From: Octopus sinensis
Taxonomy: Eukaryota
Direction: 5' to 3'
Length of the DNA stretch: 64,000 nt
Assembly (NCBI RefSeq): GCF_006345805.1
Contig: NC_043013.1
Coordinates: 38,440,001 to 38,504,000, forward strand
Positions 13,861 through 27,828 of this stretch are shown here, piece by piece (the stretch's first letter is position 1; every line of letters starts with the position of its first letter). The position numbers and the translations under genes were made by a program. Under the pieces are notes generated by a model, which was not told the DNA's origin, ran no database searches, and worked only from the letters and a program-made list of their open reading frames with translations.

Positions 13861-15492
13861 GATGTTTCTTTCCCGTTTATTGTATACGTACACACATACA
13901 CACAAAAATACATATATATATATATATATATGCATAAATATTATATATATATATAATATATATATATATATATTATATTATATATATATCTACCACATTA
14001 AGATATATATATCTATATATATATATCATATATATACACATATATATATATATAATAGGTATGCATACATATATACGTATATGTATACATATACATATAG
14101 ATATACATACGCACACACACATATATATATATACATATATATAAACATGTATATATTTATATATATATATATATATATATTCACATATACACTCGCAGAA
14201 GCAAAGACAGATACATACATGTGTATTGCAGAGTTATTTTTTTTATTCTCCCTCTCACCACCGAACCGTACTCTCCCTCACTTCTCTCCATCTCCCCACT
14301 CTCTCCTCTGAAGTTTATTTATTTCTTTACTGTTGTTTTTATCAGCTTCGTCACTGTTCTTCATATTTCGTCTCACTATATATAATATTAATGCATACTG
14401 ATCTGGTTCCGTTCTATTATTAACACTACCTCTGCCCTCTATAGTTTCCAATGAGGCAACAGGGCCGTGAAAAGATGACAGGGATATGATGTGAAGTGAT
14501 CAGAACAAATATGAGGCCACATAGCTCCACGGGGAAATCTTACTGACACAATTATCTACCATTGGGTCTTTCATGTCATTCGCAGCTTTCTACATATGCA
14601 ATTGTATTGTGACTGAGTTCATCTAACAACATTACGCTATGCATCTTTCTGTGTATATGTGTTTCTCTGAATGCGTGTGGTCTTTCGCATGAATATCACT
14701 TATATCTATGCATATATATATATATTATATATATGCACAAGCATTAACATGCACACAAGAATATATACATACACTCACACATACATACATACATACACAC
14801 ATACATACATACATACATACATACATACAAACACACATACACACATACGTACAGGAATACGTGTATACATATGTATGTATATATTACTGTACACGTTCAT
14901 GTATTTAGCCAGTAGGACACGTACATACACAGGTACACACGCATACGATCACACATGCACGCATATATGTATGCATGCTGAAACTCACATATTTTGATAT
15001 GCCTACATATATGCACACACTCGCATACACACTCGCATGATTCCACATAAACCTATACTCGGAGTCGTGTATTTCTATTTACACATATGGGTAGATTTAC
15101 ACGGACATATATACAGAAACATCTACATCCTTTGAAATAAATATATGCACATATATATTTATATATGTATATATATATATATAATATATATATATACATA
15201 CATACATACACACACTTATACACACAACCATACACACCAAGATGTATAAGACCGTAAGCAAACGACAAAACATTAGTATCCGTATGAGGGGATTATGTGC
15301 CTCCATGTGCAAGTGTGTGTGTGTGTGTGTGTTTGTATGTGTGTGTGCGTGTGTGCGTGTATTTATTTGTGTGTGTGCGTGTGTTTCGTTGCCTATATGG
15401 GTGGATGTGTGTGTATGCAGTTATAAATTCCCCTGTAACATCCAATATGCACATATGTATGTGTTTGTGTTGCCTGGTTACATCACTATAGA

Positions 15493-15537
<45 letters not shown>

Positions 15538-15571
15538 GCATTGTATCACACACACACACATTCACCACACA

Positions 15572-15611
<40 letters not shown>

Positions 15612-16534
15612 TATATATATATATATATATACATAGATATGCACACGTGACTTTGGTTTCTACGAATGACAGGAAGATAGAACGTGAAAGAGAGAATGAA
15701 ACAAAAAGGGAAATCAGTCAGAAACGCACTCTATTTCAATGTCCTTTTTTCTCTTTAAAATCCTTTATAACAAATCTATTATTTGTCTTTTTCGTTGGCC
15801 TCCATTTTAATGTGCTCCTTTCTGATTATCTCCCCTCTTCATTTTATCGCCCATTTTGTTTTAAGTATTTTTTGTTATTGACGTTGTTGTTGTAGAAGTG
15901 GATGTTGTTGTTGCCGTTCTTTTCATTCAGGCATTTTTGTTTAGTATATTTTCCTTGTATTGTATATATTTTTTCTTTTTCTTTTTCTTCGGTGTCTCTC
16001 TCTCTCTTTCTTTTTTTTTTTTTGCTTCTTCCCTTTATATGTATAACTCAATCTATACCACATTCCTACTTATGTTTTTATCTCTTCATTCAATTAATGC
16101 CATTCTATCCGAAGTCGAGGCAGTGATAAAGAAACTGATCACTGCCAAGCCAGCAACAATAATATCGATAGATCAATCGGCAGTGTATTCACGCCACGTT
16201 AACTTAATACATATTAAGGTTACTTATATAGTTCGTATATAGTGTTATAGTTGGGAGAATACGGTAGATTGCATGCATGAAATGAAAGCGAAAAGGAGAG
16301 GACGATAGATAGATATATGAATATTTAGGCAAATGAGTGCCTATATGTATGCGTTTCTTCTGTATATTGGCAATATATCTACGCACACATAGAAACATTT
16401 GCACACATACCTCTTTATATATACATAAACACACCACATATATTCGTACATACATATATATATATATATTATTATGTATATATTACATACATATATATGA
16501 ATATATATATATATATATACACACACACACCATA

Positions 16535-16577
<43 letters not shown>

Positions 16578-17454
16578 TATACATATATATAATCAGATAC
16601 AATATCCAATTCACAGCCGAAGCATAATGAACTACGTCGAACGAATAGTCAATTTTTGTTTCTTATTTTCTAATGGTTTTTGCTTTTTTTTTTAGTTTTC
16701 CGACCTCTGTCCCCTCCTCTCTTTCTCTCTCTCTCGTATTCTCCCTTTCTTACTTTCACTCCATATATTTTTTCCGTTTCTTTCTATCTCTGTCACAACC
16801 CTTTGGGAATATCACAAGCAACTCTAAGCTAGTCAGTTTTAATGGAAAATATATATGTTGCATTTCCTCTTAAGATAATGAAAAGAAAGGAATAATTTCC
16901 ATATATATATTATATAGATATATATATAATATATATTATATATATATATACATATAAATGTATAATACTTTATGTATTATATATATATTATATACATATT
17001 ATATGTATATATATACATATATACTATACATATATACTCATTTATGTATGTATATTGTTATCATGTATATATATAATCTTACTATGTATATATATATATA
17101 TCTATCAAAATATATATATATATATAATCTTTGCGTGTGCGTTTATGAGTAGGCAGCGATGTGTGCCTGTGTGCGTGTATTTTTTTTGTGTATGTGTGCC
17201 TGCCTCTGTGTGTGTGTCTGTGTGTATTCAAACGCATCAACCAATAACGAAACACTCGGTACATGTATATAAATCAGTTATATGAATGATGTACAGAAAA
17301 TTCCAAGCAAATAAAATTTTCTATTAGTATTCTTAACAATATTATTTCAATGAAGGTTTCTGTACTGATTATTAGAAGTATTAGTATTAATATCTCCGTT
17401 GATGTTTCTTGTTGTTATTATATACAACAATATCTATCAATAATGTTAATAATG

Positions 17455-17608
17455 AATAATAATAATAATAATGATGATGATGATGATGATGATGATGAAT
17501 AATAATATAAATGATATTGATGAAGTTGGTGATGATGATATGATTATTATTATGATTACTTTTATTATTATTATTATTATTCTTATATTATTATATATTA
17601 TTATTATG

Positions 17609-17657
<49 letters not shown>

Positions 17658-17701
17658 TATTATTATTATTAATAATTACTTATTATTATATATTATTATT
17701 A

Positions 17702-17747
<46 letters not shown>

Positions 17748-17840
17748 GTGATCTGTTGCTGCTGATCATGGTAAAGGTGATGATGATGTTGATGATGACG
17801 ACGGTCATGTTAGTGATGATGATGCTGATGATGATGTCAA
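17455..17840. repeat. (AAT)/(GAT)/(ATT) trinucleotide block
   Basis: Direct reading. Confidence 0.9.
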
Positions 17841-18149
17841 CGACGTTAGCAACTGCATCAATATTTACAACCTTACACCGTTTACATATAATATTAGGAT
17901 ACACGTGTTGAACATTGTAAAAAATAAAAAAGTATCGTAATACTTCGGTGTACTTGCTACATTGTGGGCATATTCTGAATCTAAGACGATTGCAGACTGG
18001 AAGTCATAGATTAGCCATTTCTAAACATACAAAAGCTGTCAAATTCACTTAAACATTCCTTGTTTGTTATTTGGTGTTAGCGATCTGATCACTGGCAAAA
18101 ATACGTTGAGATGCAGTGTATAAGAATCTAACAAATAACGTAATCTTTT

Positions 18150-18380
18150 ATTCTTTTACACAACTCAGACATTTTAATGCTGCAATGTTGGGGCACCGCC
18201 TTAAAAGTTTTTTTTGTTATTCGAAGAAATCGCCCCAAGGACTTCTTTTTAAGCCTAGTACTTATTCTGTCGGTGTCTTTTGCCAAACCGCTAAGTTAGA
18301 GGAACATAAACACACCACCATCAATTCTCAAGTGATGGTTGGGGACAAACATGGACACAGACACACACTGTTATTCATAA
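18150..18380 (-). mobile_element. SINE family C, 3' half
   Basis: Homologous to 55170-55320. Retains tail GGCGGTGCCCCAACATTGCAGC...TAAAAGAATAAAAGA. Confidence 0.75.
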
Positions 18381-19580
18381 ATACTACTTCACACACGCGC
18401 ACACACACACACACACATATATATATACAAAGCAAATAGGTAGCACACACACATACACACAAACATACACACACACACACACATATCTATAAAGTCCAGG
18501 TATCAGTACTTTACGGCCGTTTCAAGTGGCTCCGTTTAATCGATCAATGAAAATATTATATCAATTTTAAATAAACCGCTCTCCTCAGACACAGATGGCC
18601 ATATGGATTTTCAATATAGAGGAAAACCCATTGTTTTTAGGAAAATTTCATCATTACAAGACACTAAAATAATTACATTGTTTCAAGTTTGTATTGCTAA
18701 TTTCGTGGTAGAAATGCCACATATTTCTGCCACAAAAATAGTAAATTGAAAGGATGTAATTATTTTAGTATCTTGTGCTGATAAAAGTTTGCTAAAAAAT
18801 AATAGTTTATCCTTTATGTTGGAAATCTAACCAATCTACCCCTACCACTTCCCTACCTACGTCTCAGTTTTGAATTTCATACTCCTACCTTTACCACAAC
18901 ACCCCACTCTAGTACCTACCCAATTCCTTTGCCCCACCAATAACTAATTTTGATAATATCCTTAGTTACTGAGCCAGTAAAACTCATTTCTCCAATTAGT
19001 AACAAGTCCTTTCTACTATCTCAACCGTTATCTCTATAGCCTTCATACATACCTAAACAGCCCTTCGACCTTCCTCCCGCCCTCCAAATTTACCCTTCAC
19101 TAGCCTAATTATAAGCCCTAACCCTGAAATCTATTTTCTCCGTCCACTTCTCTCTATCTAAACATCCCTAACTCCCCTTCCTAACACACATATTTCTCCA
19201 CAATATCATTTCATCTTTAAACTGCATCCTGTCAACATCTCAACTGTAAAATTCTCAAATATAAAAATCTCTCTTGAAGACGGAGCCGGCGTTATCCGGT
19301 AATGGATCCAAGTAACTATCGCTATTCCCGACCTCCTAACTTCTAGAAACAGCTGTTGAACTTGTAAAACTCCACCCATTTAACTCCTGATATCATTTAT
19401 ATTTTGTTAATCGGACCACTTTAAGTGCATACACTTTTACATTTTTACTATTAAATGTATTAAACTTTTTTGTCAATCGATTTGCATGACCTGCTTGTCA
19501 TTACATTTACATATCTACCGGCTCAAGTTCAAGTCTGTTGAGCACTTCGTAGCATATTCTATATAGAGAACATCTCTCAG

Positions 19581-19672
<92 letters not shown>

Positions 19673-19677
19673 TTCTC

Positions 19678-19746
<69 letters not shown>

Positions 19747-19747
19747 A

Positions 19748-19910
19748 CGAGGTCTGATTAGTAAGTATCCGGACTGTGGCCATAATGATGAAGCTAAAGC
19801 ACACAGAGTGGATCCGTTTGGTCAAGTTGATCCTGATCTCTGGTGTGCATGCGCACTAAGTTTTAACCATCTAAGCTCACTTCCGCCGTTTACAGACGTA
19901 CTTCCAAGTA
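19748..19910 (+). mobile_element. Probable mariner 5' terminal fragment
   Basis: CGAGGTCTGATTAGTAAGTATCCGGAC starts at the end of a (TA)n tract and resembles a mariner TIR. No partner TIR or ORF is present, so the call is from recall only. Confidence 0.45.
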
Positions 19911-19930
19911 TTATCAGTAATCTTTACCCA

Positions 19931-19970
<40 letters not shown>

Positions 19971-20568
19971 ATATATATATAATATATATATATATATTAT
20001 ATACATATATATTATACATATATATATATACATACATATATATTATATATATAAACATATATACTATACATAAATATATAATATATATATATATATATAT
20101 ATAATATAATATATATAATAATATATATATATGAGTGTGTGTATATGCGTGTAATGAGAATATCCAAGGATTATGCGTTGAAAGTTTGTCAGCTTCGACT
20201 AGTCCGTGACAGGTATAAGAAACAATGTTTAGGAACAATAATAGTTTATTGGCGTTGAAGCTTCTAGGCGTTTCTCACATCGATGTTCGATAGGCTCAAA
20301 AACGTTTTCATAACTCAGCTCACTGTTTGCAATTTACAATGCTATCAAAAGAGAATAAAAATTCAAATTCACGGACTGGAACGGATAAAATTCAGGTTAC
20401 ATATGTTTCCTAGGCAGGAGATCTGATGTAATAAGTGCTTCTGGTAACTTCGGCCTGATGAGTATCTAGCTGAATCCGCCTTGTTAATTGATGATTTCAC
20501 CCAAAGTATCTGCTAGCTAGGAAAACATATATTGCTTGAATTTCTACATTCTTCGCTACTTAAATTAG

Positions 20569-20612
<44 letters not shown>

Positions 20613-20990
20613 AAATACAAAATGGGACTAGAACGCAAAATATCCAGACAGTTAGGTGATACAAAAAAGAGACAATAAAACATTCAGATAGACGATACAA
20701 ATAAAACAAGGACGGGTCATTCAGAGTGTTTTTTCCTCAGCCGAGTTCCAGATTATCGTTCCAATTTCAGCTGGTTATACTCGAGATTCCTCCAATCTGG
20801 CCAGCCCCAAGGAAAAACCAAGCTAAGAGCATTATATTCCTTGGAAAAAAGCAGCCAATTTATATGAAAACAAAGACGGAAGAAAACGGAGAATGTTACA
20901 CAAATACAAATATCTGGACAGAACAACAGGTGTCTTTCGACTACACAAACACACTACACACTCACACACACGCACATACACATACATGTA

Positions 20991-22606
20991 CACAATCCTT
21001 TATCCGGAAACCTTAGGACCAGCTTTGTTTTGAATTTAGGATTCTTCCGGATTTCAGAACAAAAGCCAGCAGTCCCAGATTGTAAACTAAACATCAAAAG
21101 AGATGTCCTACTATGGTAATAAAAGCACATGTATACGTACTCACAAACAGTGGAGAAAATAAATAGTTGTAGAGTAATATACTGGTAAATGAAATAGTGA
21201 CACATTTAAGATCACAAACAACAAAATTCATATAGTGGGATAATTTAAAACAAAGATACAGGATCCACAAATACAGGTATACATATTACCATAATATTTC
21301 TGCTGATAGACGCATAAGTAGTCGCACTAATTTGAATAAAGAAAGACTACAAATGGCATTACAGTTTATTCATATACTAGAGCCATAAACTGATTAAAAC
21401 TAGACTAAATATGTAGCTGCGGGTAAGTTGTAGAGCAGGGTCCGTCACTATCACCAGCGCTGTCATGAGGTTTCAGGCAAACCTCCGGTTGTAGGCCAGG
21501 GATGAGATTCTCCAATGATGAAGTACCATTACGAGAGAGGGCATTTTTTAAAGACTTCTTCAGGTGTCATCTGTCTCATTAGCATAGGTTTCTGTCTAAG
21601 CAATGTCTATTCAATCGAGTAAACCCCCATGATCTATTCCTCACTGATAAATGTAATTTGTTCAAGGCCAGCTATTAACTGATCACAAATTTTCACCATA
21701 TCATCTATAGGAATTATTTCAACTTTGTTCTCTATGTCATCATCACTACTGTCTTCATCTTCATTCTTATCCTCTTTAACACCATTCCAGCAGTATTCCC
21801 ATCACTCAAGGATTGCACAACAGGTGCCTCGTTTTCAATGTTTAGCATTTCTTCAATGTCTGCTTCTTCTGGATCACCTACACTTCCGCAAGATAAAATT
21901 TTAGCGAACGTTACGAGTTTTGATATCATCTTTTCATTAGTGACACGAAATCATCCGAACTCGTTATCATAGGGTCGTTTTTATCAAACATTGTTATTGG
22001 CCAAATTCTGGGCCAGGCATTTGTTACTGTTAATTTATCAACTTCATTCCAAGCATTCGCAACTGAGCACACGGCATCCTTAAAAGTGAACTCTTTCGGG
22101 TAATCTTTCATCCTTATTCCTTTGTTGACTGCATGAAGCACAGAGCTCATACAATTATTTTGGAGCGTAAAATTCCTTGGTAATAAGGCTGTAAAACAGA
22201 TGTCACATTGGGAGGCGAGTAAAGGCATGGGGATGTGCAGGAATAGCAGAATTGTACAGTTTTCGTCCAGTCCAGCTTGCCTGCAATGAGTTCATACTGC
22301 TGGTACAAAGCGATTATTGAAGCAGTCAGAAAATATTTCTCGGGTTACCCATGCTTTCCTGTTTGCGTAATAATGCACAGGTAAGCTAACTGCGTTTTTC
22401 AGACATCTCGGACGTTGGCTTTTTCCAATGACTGCCAATGGAACCGTGTGTGTGCCTGCAGCGTTAACACATCCAAGAATAAATAGTTAACCTTTCCTTA
22501 GTATCTTTAAAACCTACTGGTGCTGTCTCTTCTGCTGTTGTTAATATTTTTCTTGGAACGTAGCGCCAGTACAAAGCTGTTTCATCAGCAGGCATTTAGC
22601 AGCCAT
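20991..22606 (-). mobile_element. pogo/Tigger (Jerky/TIGD-like) transposon relic with internal deletion
   Basis: Minus-strand peptides ADETALYWRYVPRK, ILGCVNAAGTH, VIGKSQRPRCLK, LPVHYYANRKAWVT, KDAVCSVANAWNEV and PIDDMVKICDQLIAGLEQ (DDE_1 domain and C-terminus), with stops and frameshifts. Tigger-like end TA|CACAATCCTTTATCCGG at 20991. Confidence 0.88.
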
Positions 22607-23572
22607 TTTTAGAAGCATGAGTAACAATATAAAGTAACGCAAGGTGCCTTGCTACACGATGTTTTTTCAAATTCGGTTATTATTTTAATGCAATGTGTTC
22701 GAATTATCATTACATATGTCGAGTAACTGCTCGTTCTCTCTTTGTTAATATTTCAGCTATAATCGAGTCACATACTACATTCGAATATGTAATGGAAATA
22801 GAGTGAGTCTAATCAGTAATATCATTGCATATTTTTGGCCGGCAAGATTCTTGTTCGCTTCTGCTTAAAACACATGACATGTTATTTTTGCGAAGTTAAC
22901 ATCCATTTTATTATTTGCATTACCCCCCACCCCAAATAAAAAAATTAAGGGATTAAAATTATAGTTTTTAATGCCTTGGAATATTCTGATAATATCTACT
23001 AGCAAATGTACAGTGTCAACATAACCCATCACATACATACCTGTTTATTTATATATGTGTAGGCAGCGATGTATAACATCAGTTTGCACTAAATAACATA
23101 GAAGCCTGTAGGTATTTCTGTCATAATGGTTTTTTTAATGTGTATTTTGAATTAACTTATGCGATCATCGAGCAATGCTATTCAGGTAGAAATAGATTAT
23201 CTCAGCATTAATTTTGTTGAAGAGTCTGTAGAATTTGCATAAAAATGGAAAGTGTTATCTTGCACCAACTAAAAAATTTTCTGGCTATATTTGTATCTAC
23301 ATGGATTTTCCTTGTTTTACTGCCCCCTCACTAAAAGCATTTTTAACAACTGCATTGTTATATCGCTGCTTCTGTCAAATTGACTTTGTATGAACGCAGA
23401 TAAGACACTCCTTTAATTATATTAGGTGCAAAAAGTATAATTACATCTCCAGGGTGTTGAATATCTGTATTTACATACATCACATCACACATACACACAC
23501 ACATACATACAAGCACACATATATTTATACATGTATAAATATATTATATATATATAATATATATATAATATA

Positions 23573-23676
<104 letters not shown>

Positions 23677-24086
23677 TATGTATATACATAATATATGGAT
23701 GCCACGTATGGCCATCTGTGTTGGACAGTGTTTGTCGGTGTCTAAGCTATTTTTTAAAGATTAACTGATGGCAACAATAATAATGTATAAATCGAAATTT
23801 ATTTCGCTATTTCTATTATATCTGTCCATGACATCCAAAGACGGCTAAAACATCGTACAACGTAGAATTGCTGACTCTGGGCGCCCTCAGCCTTCTTCTT
23901 CTTGGGCAACATTGATGCATATCATGGTTTAGGAATCTTATACATGCAATGATATTACACACTGTAGAGATATAGAATAACAATAGAAAAAAATCCAAGG
24001 AGTTTAATTTAAGCATAGCTACTATTATTAGATTAATGATAATATACTTCTTCGACATAACACTTGGTTTAATATTTTCATCGCAA

Positions 24087-24675
24087 AAGGCGGCGAGCTG
24101 GCAGAAACGTTAGCACGCTGGGCGAAATGCCTAGCGGTATTTCATCACCCGCTACGTTCTGAGTACAAATTTTCGCCGAGGTCGGCTTTGCCTTTCATCC
24201 TTTCGGGGTCGATTAAATAAGTACCAGTTACGCACTGGGGTCGATATAATTGACTTAATCCGTTTGTTTGTCCTTGTTTCTCCCCTGTATGTTTAGCCCC
24301 TTGTGGGTAGTAAAGAAATAGGTATTTCGTCTGCCGCTACGTTCTGTGTTCAAATTCCGTCGAGGTTCACTTTGCCTTTCATCCTCTCGGGGTTGATAAA
24401 TTAAGTACCAGTTACGCACTGGGGTCGATGCAATCGACTTAATTCGTTTGTTTGTCCTTGCTTCTCCCCTCTGTGTTTAGCCCCTTTTGGGTAGTAAAGA
24501 AATAGGTATTTCGTCTGCCGCTACGTTCTCAGTTCAAATTCCACCGTGGTCGTCTTTGCCTTTCATCCTTTCAGGGTAGATAGATTAAGTAGCAGTTGCA
24601 TACCGGGGTCGATGTAATCGACTGACCTTCCATTCCCCCAAAATTTCAGGCCTTGGGCCTAGAGTAGAAAGAATA
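24087..24675 (+). mobile_element. SINE family B with three tandem internal units
   Basis: Head AAGGCGGCGAGCTGGCAGAA. Units start at 24137, 24322 and 24506 (period 184-185), each with a GTTCAAATTCC-like box and the core CTTTGCCTTTCATCCTTTCGGGGTCGAT. Tail GGCCTTGGGCCTAGAGTAGAAAGAA. Confidence 0.9.
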
Positions 24676-25429
24676 TTTTAAACGCAAGTACAAACAAAAT
24701 TCCAACCAGCCACCAATCATAATTGAAAAAGAAAATACTTGCTGCAGAAACGAGTAGAGACGTTGCTAATGTTTCATCATACGGTGAAGCTTAACAGAGG
24801 TATCGCTATTAAATCTATAGGAAAAATGAAAAGTGTCTTGAGGTAGGGACTAATTGTATAAGGTGCGGTTTGCGGTCCACTGGAGAAAAAGGACGGTAAA
24901 ACTAGCATGCTTTATTCTTTATTTCATTGTGAATATCGTTATGTATATAACCGAAAACTTTTGTCAAAAGTTAAACATTTCTCATTGACAAAAGATAGAG
25001 ATTCTTCAACAGCCAATACGTTAAAGTCAGCGTTTTCTGGTTATGGATCATTACTTATGATATCAGATATCACAAAAGCAAAGGCACGACTGTCAAGTTT
25101 CAACCTCTACAGACATCATGTAATCATCGAAATACTTCGGTCTGTGTTGTCAGACTGTTGCTGTTATAGATTATGGATAACATCATCAAAATATATTGAA
25201 TATCATTACACGGAATTCCTGCGACCATTTTCCTCTTTAATTGCTAATATTTAAACACATTGACATCAAGAGGCAGGAAATATTCTCTCCCTTCTCTCAA
25301 TTCTTCTCTCAATTCAGACATCATTCCTCGGATATTACTTCAATAACATGAAAAATGATTGCAATTTTACGCAAGGATTTTCCTAGAATACATGGAACCC
25401 AATGTTCAAATGGTGGATATTTCTCTCAA

Positions 25430-25548
25430 CCTCTAAAGGATGAAAATTAAAGTTAACCTCAACGAAATCTCAACCCAGACGAAAAACCTGAAGAAATGCA
25501 TCTAAACTGTTTGTCAGCCGTATTAACGATTGTACCCGTTCGCCGCCC
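25430..25548 (-). mobile_element. SINE family B, old 5' fragment
   Basis: AAAGGATGAAAATTAAAGTTAACCTC...TAACGATTGTACCCGTTCGCCGCC aligns loosely with the minus-strand family B head at 63820-63927. Confidence 0.55.
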
Positions 25549-25595
25549 TTCGCCGCCTTTCGCTGCCCTTCGCCACCTTTCGCTGCCCTTCGCTT
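25539..25595 (+). repeat. GC-rich 10-bp minisatellite, about 5.7 units
   Basis: TTCGCCGCCC TTCGCCGCCT TTCGCTGCCC TTCGCCACCT TTCGCTGCCC TTCGCTT. Confidence 0.9.
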
Positions 25596-27828
25596 CCATA
25601 ATAAAGATTAAAATTGCTTAAAATTTTGGCTTAAGGCTAGCTAGTCTGAGGAGCAGGGCGAGTCGATTTGATTAACTACAGGTTTTTATTTTATTTTATT
25701 TTATCGACCTCAACTTTAAAATTGGCTCAGTCGAAAATGGCGGTATTTAAACTAAGGTTGTGAAACGCTATTACAAATAATATGTGGCGGCTCTTACTCG
25801 CCACTCCAGCTGCTCATCCTATCTTTCAAATAAGAATAAACATTTCTAACATAGGCACAGTTAAGAAGCGGACAAAGAAGAAACCCTCTTCCTCTTTTTT
25901 TTTTTAATGTTACGTTATTGTATCGATTCCAGACGGAAGACAAGTAAATGCGATGTCATCTGTATCGTAGTTCAATCGGCTCGTAAATACGAACCAGTAT
26001 TACCACTGTTTGTAAGTACGAACACTGAACCAGTTATAAGGGATTCGGCCATTACAAATTTGGCCATTCTGTCATTCCACTCCTCCTTTAATATCAATTG
26101 TGAGAACAGAAAATGATTATGTACAATAGGAGTGAAGACTGTATTTCATATCTAAATTGAAAGGCGGAAATATCAGCTTTAGAGTTGGGATTACAGTTAA
26201 TGTTACTGACTTCAGTATAATAATGAAGACAGATTGGAGGACAAAGATGTAGACAAGGAAAACAATGATGAAGACCACAGCCAAAACGATACAGTATGAC
26301 CCTAGAAGACTTCTTCGATGGCTTCTGTGTGCGTGGTGTGCGTGTGAGAGAAAGGAAGAGGGAAAGAGAGAGAGGGTGTGTGAGAGGGAGAGAGGAGTCC
26401 GTATCAGTGATTAGGGTAAGGTGTTCTCCATTTTCAATCTAATCGTTGATAAAGGAGTTGAGTTTGAAGAAAAAATGTAATAATCAGTAAGAAAATTAAA
26501 TAGTTTAGTGTCAGATTTGATTGATGACTTATGAAAAACATATATCTATGTTGTGTTGTGTATGTGTATGTGTATGTATATGAGTGTATGTGTGTGTTTA
26601 TGCATATATGTATATATATTTATTTATATATACGCACACATATAGACATATACACGCATATATACATATATATACGTATAAAAACGCGCGTGCACACACA
26701 TATACATACATGCATACATACATATATACATATATATATATGTATATGTATATTTTCATATGTATATGCCTATTTATAGATGAAAATATATATACGCATA
26801 TAGAAATACGTTTTTTGTATTCGAAACATTCCTATCATTGGTGGGTAGTGTTTGTGTTCATTGGCTGTGAAAGAAGCCCTCCCTGAAATAAGGGATATTT
26901 ATTTCTGTGGTAGATTTGTTTTGAAAATTATTGTTTGTTACTTATTCATTATTTTTCCATGTTTTCTACACATTTGTCAATTAGGGTGAATCTAGCGTTA
27001 GCTACATGAGGGGCTCACAGTTATGAAACTACAGGAATACGTAAGTTGATAAACGTTTATTAAAAGAAAATACAGAATCTGTGATCTTCTGTAGCAAACT
27101 TTCGTATCTAAAGCTTTCGCATGAAGTCAATTTAATTGAGTTATGAAAACGGAATACTTCGAACATTTTCTCCTTTTCGGTGATAATGAATACATATATA
27201 TTGCAAATTAAATGATGACGAAATGAAAGATGTAATGAAATGATGTTTTTGTGATGACAAGAAACGTTTGTGAGATATAGCAGGAATTACATACGAAATA
27301 GTATGATCAATGTGAGAAATGTTATAATTTGTATGGAAAACTAAGGATCATTTAGAAAGTAAAATTACGAGAGAGAGAGAAGGTCGAAATTTGTTGCAGT
27401 TCAGTTGAAAATATGAATGGTGAGGTTTAAATTCAGGAGAGCCACAAGGTTGGTGATAATGCATGGCATAGATGAGTTGAACAATACAATACTATTCTCC
27501 AAATAGAGATGCACACTGCGACCAAGGAGGAGAGTTAATAAGGGAAAAAGTTAAATAAAAATTTAAACCTTATGTCTTAGAATTTAAAAGAATTAAGAGA
27601 CTGTAAGGTGAATAAGGAAACGAGCGTGTGTAAGGACAGGCTGGAACTGTATATACAGAAGTACTTGGAAATGAGAAATTTATATTAGCCTTTAATAAAG
27701 TGAAAATGTGGAACGCTGAAATAATAAATACGAGTTTCTCGCTAAAAACAAAAACACATATACACAAATATTTGTGTGGAGGCAGAGAGGGGGAATGAGA
27801 GAGAGAGAGAAGGGGACACTAAATATTA

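Noticed and set aside
18830-19400. NUMT explanation for the skewed island
   Set aside because: The minus strand is too purine-rich for mitochondrial membrane proteins and no mitochondrial gene motif was found.
20612-20945. Segment recalled as a common octopus interspersed repeat, with possible ribozyme-like folds
   Set aside because: Single copy in the window, class not determinable, and neither HDV-like nor hammerhead topology could be completed.
24137-24620. CRISPR-like array
   Set aside because: The 184-bp units are SINE modules with no unique spacers, the context is eukaryotic, and there are no cas genes.
24907-25254. 115-aa non-repetitive ORF
   Set aside because: No recognisable motif or splice context, and a length compatible with chance.
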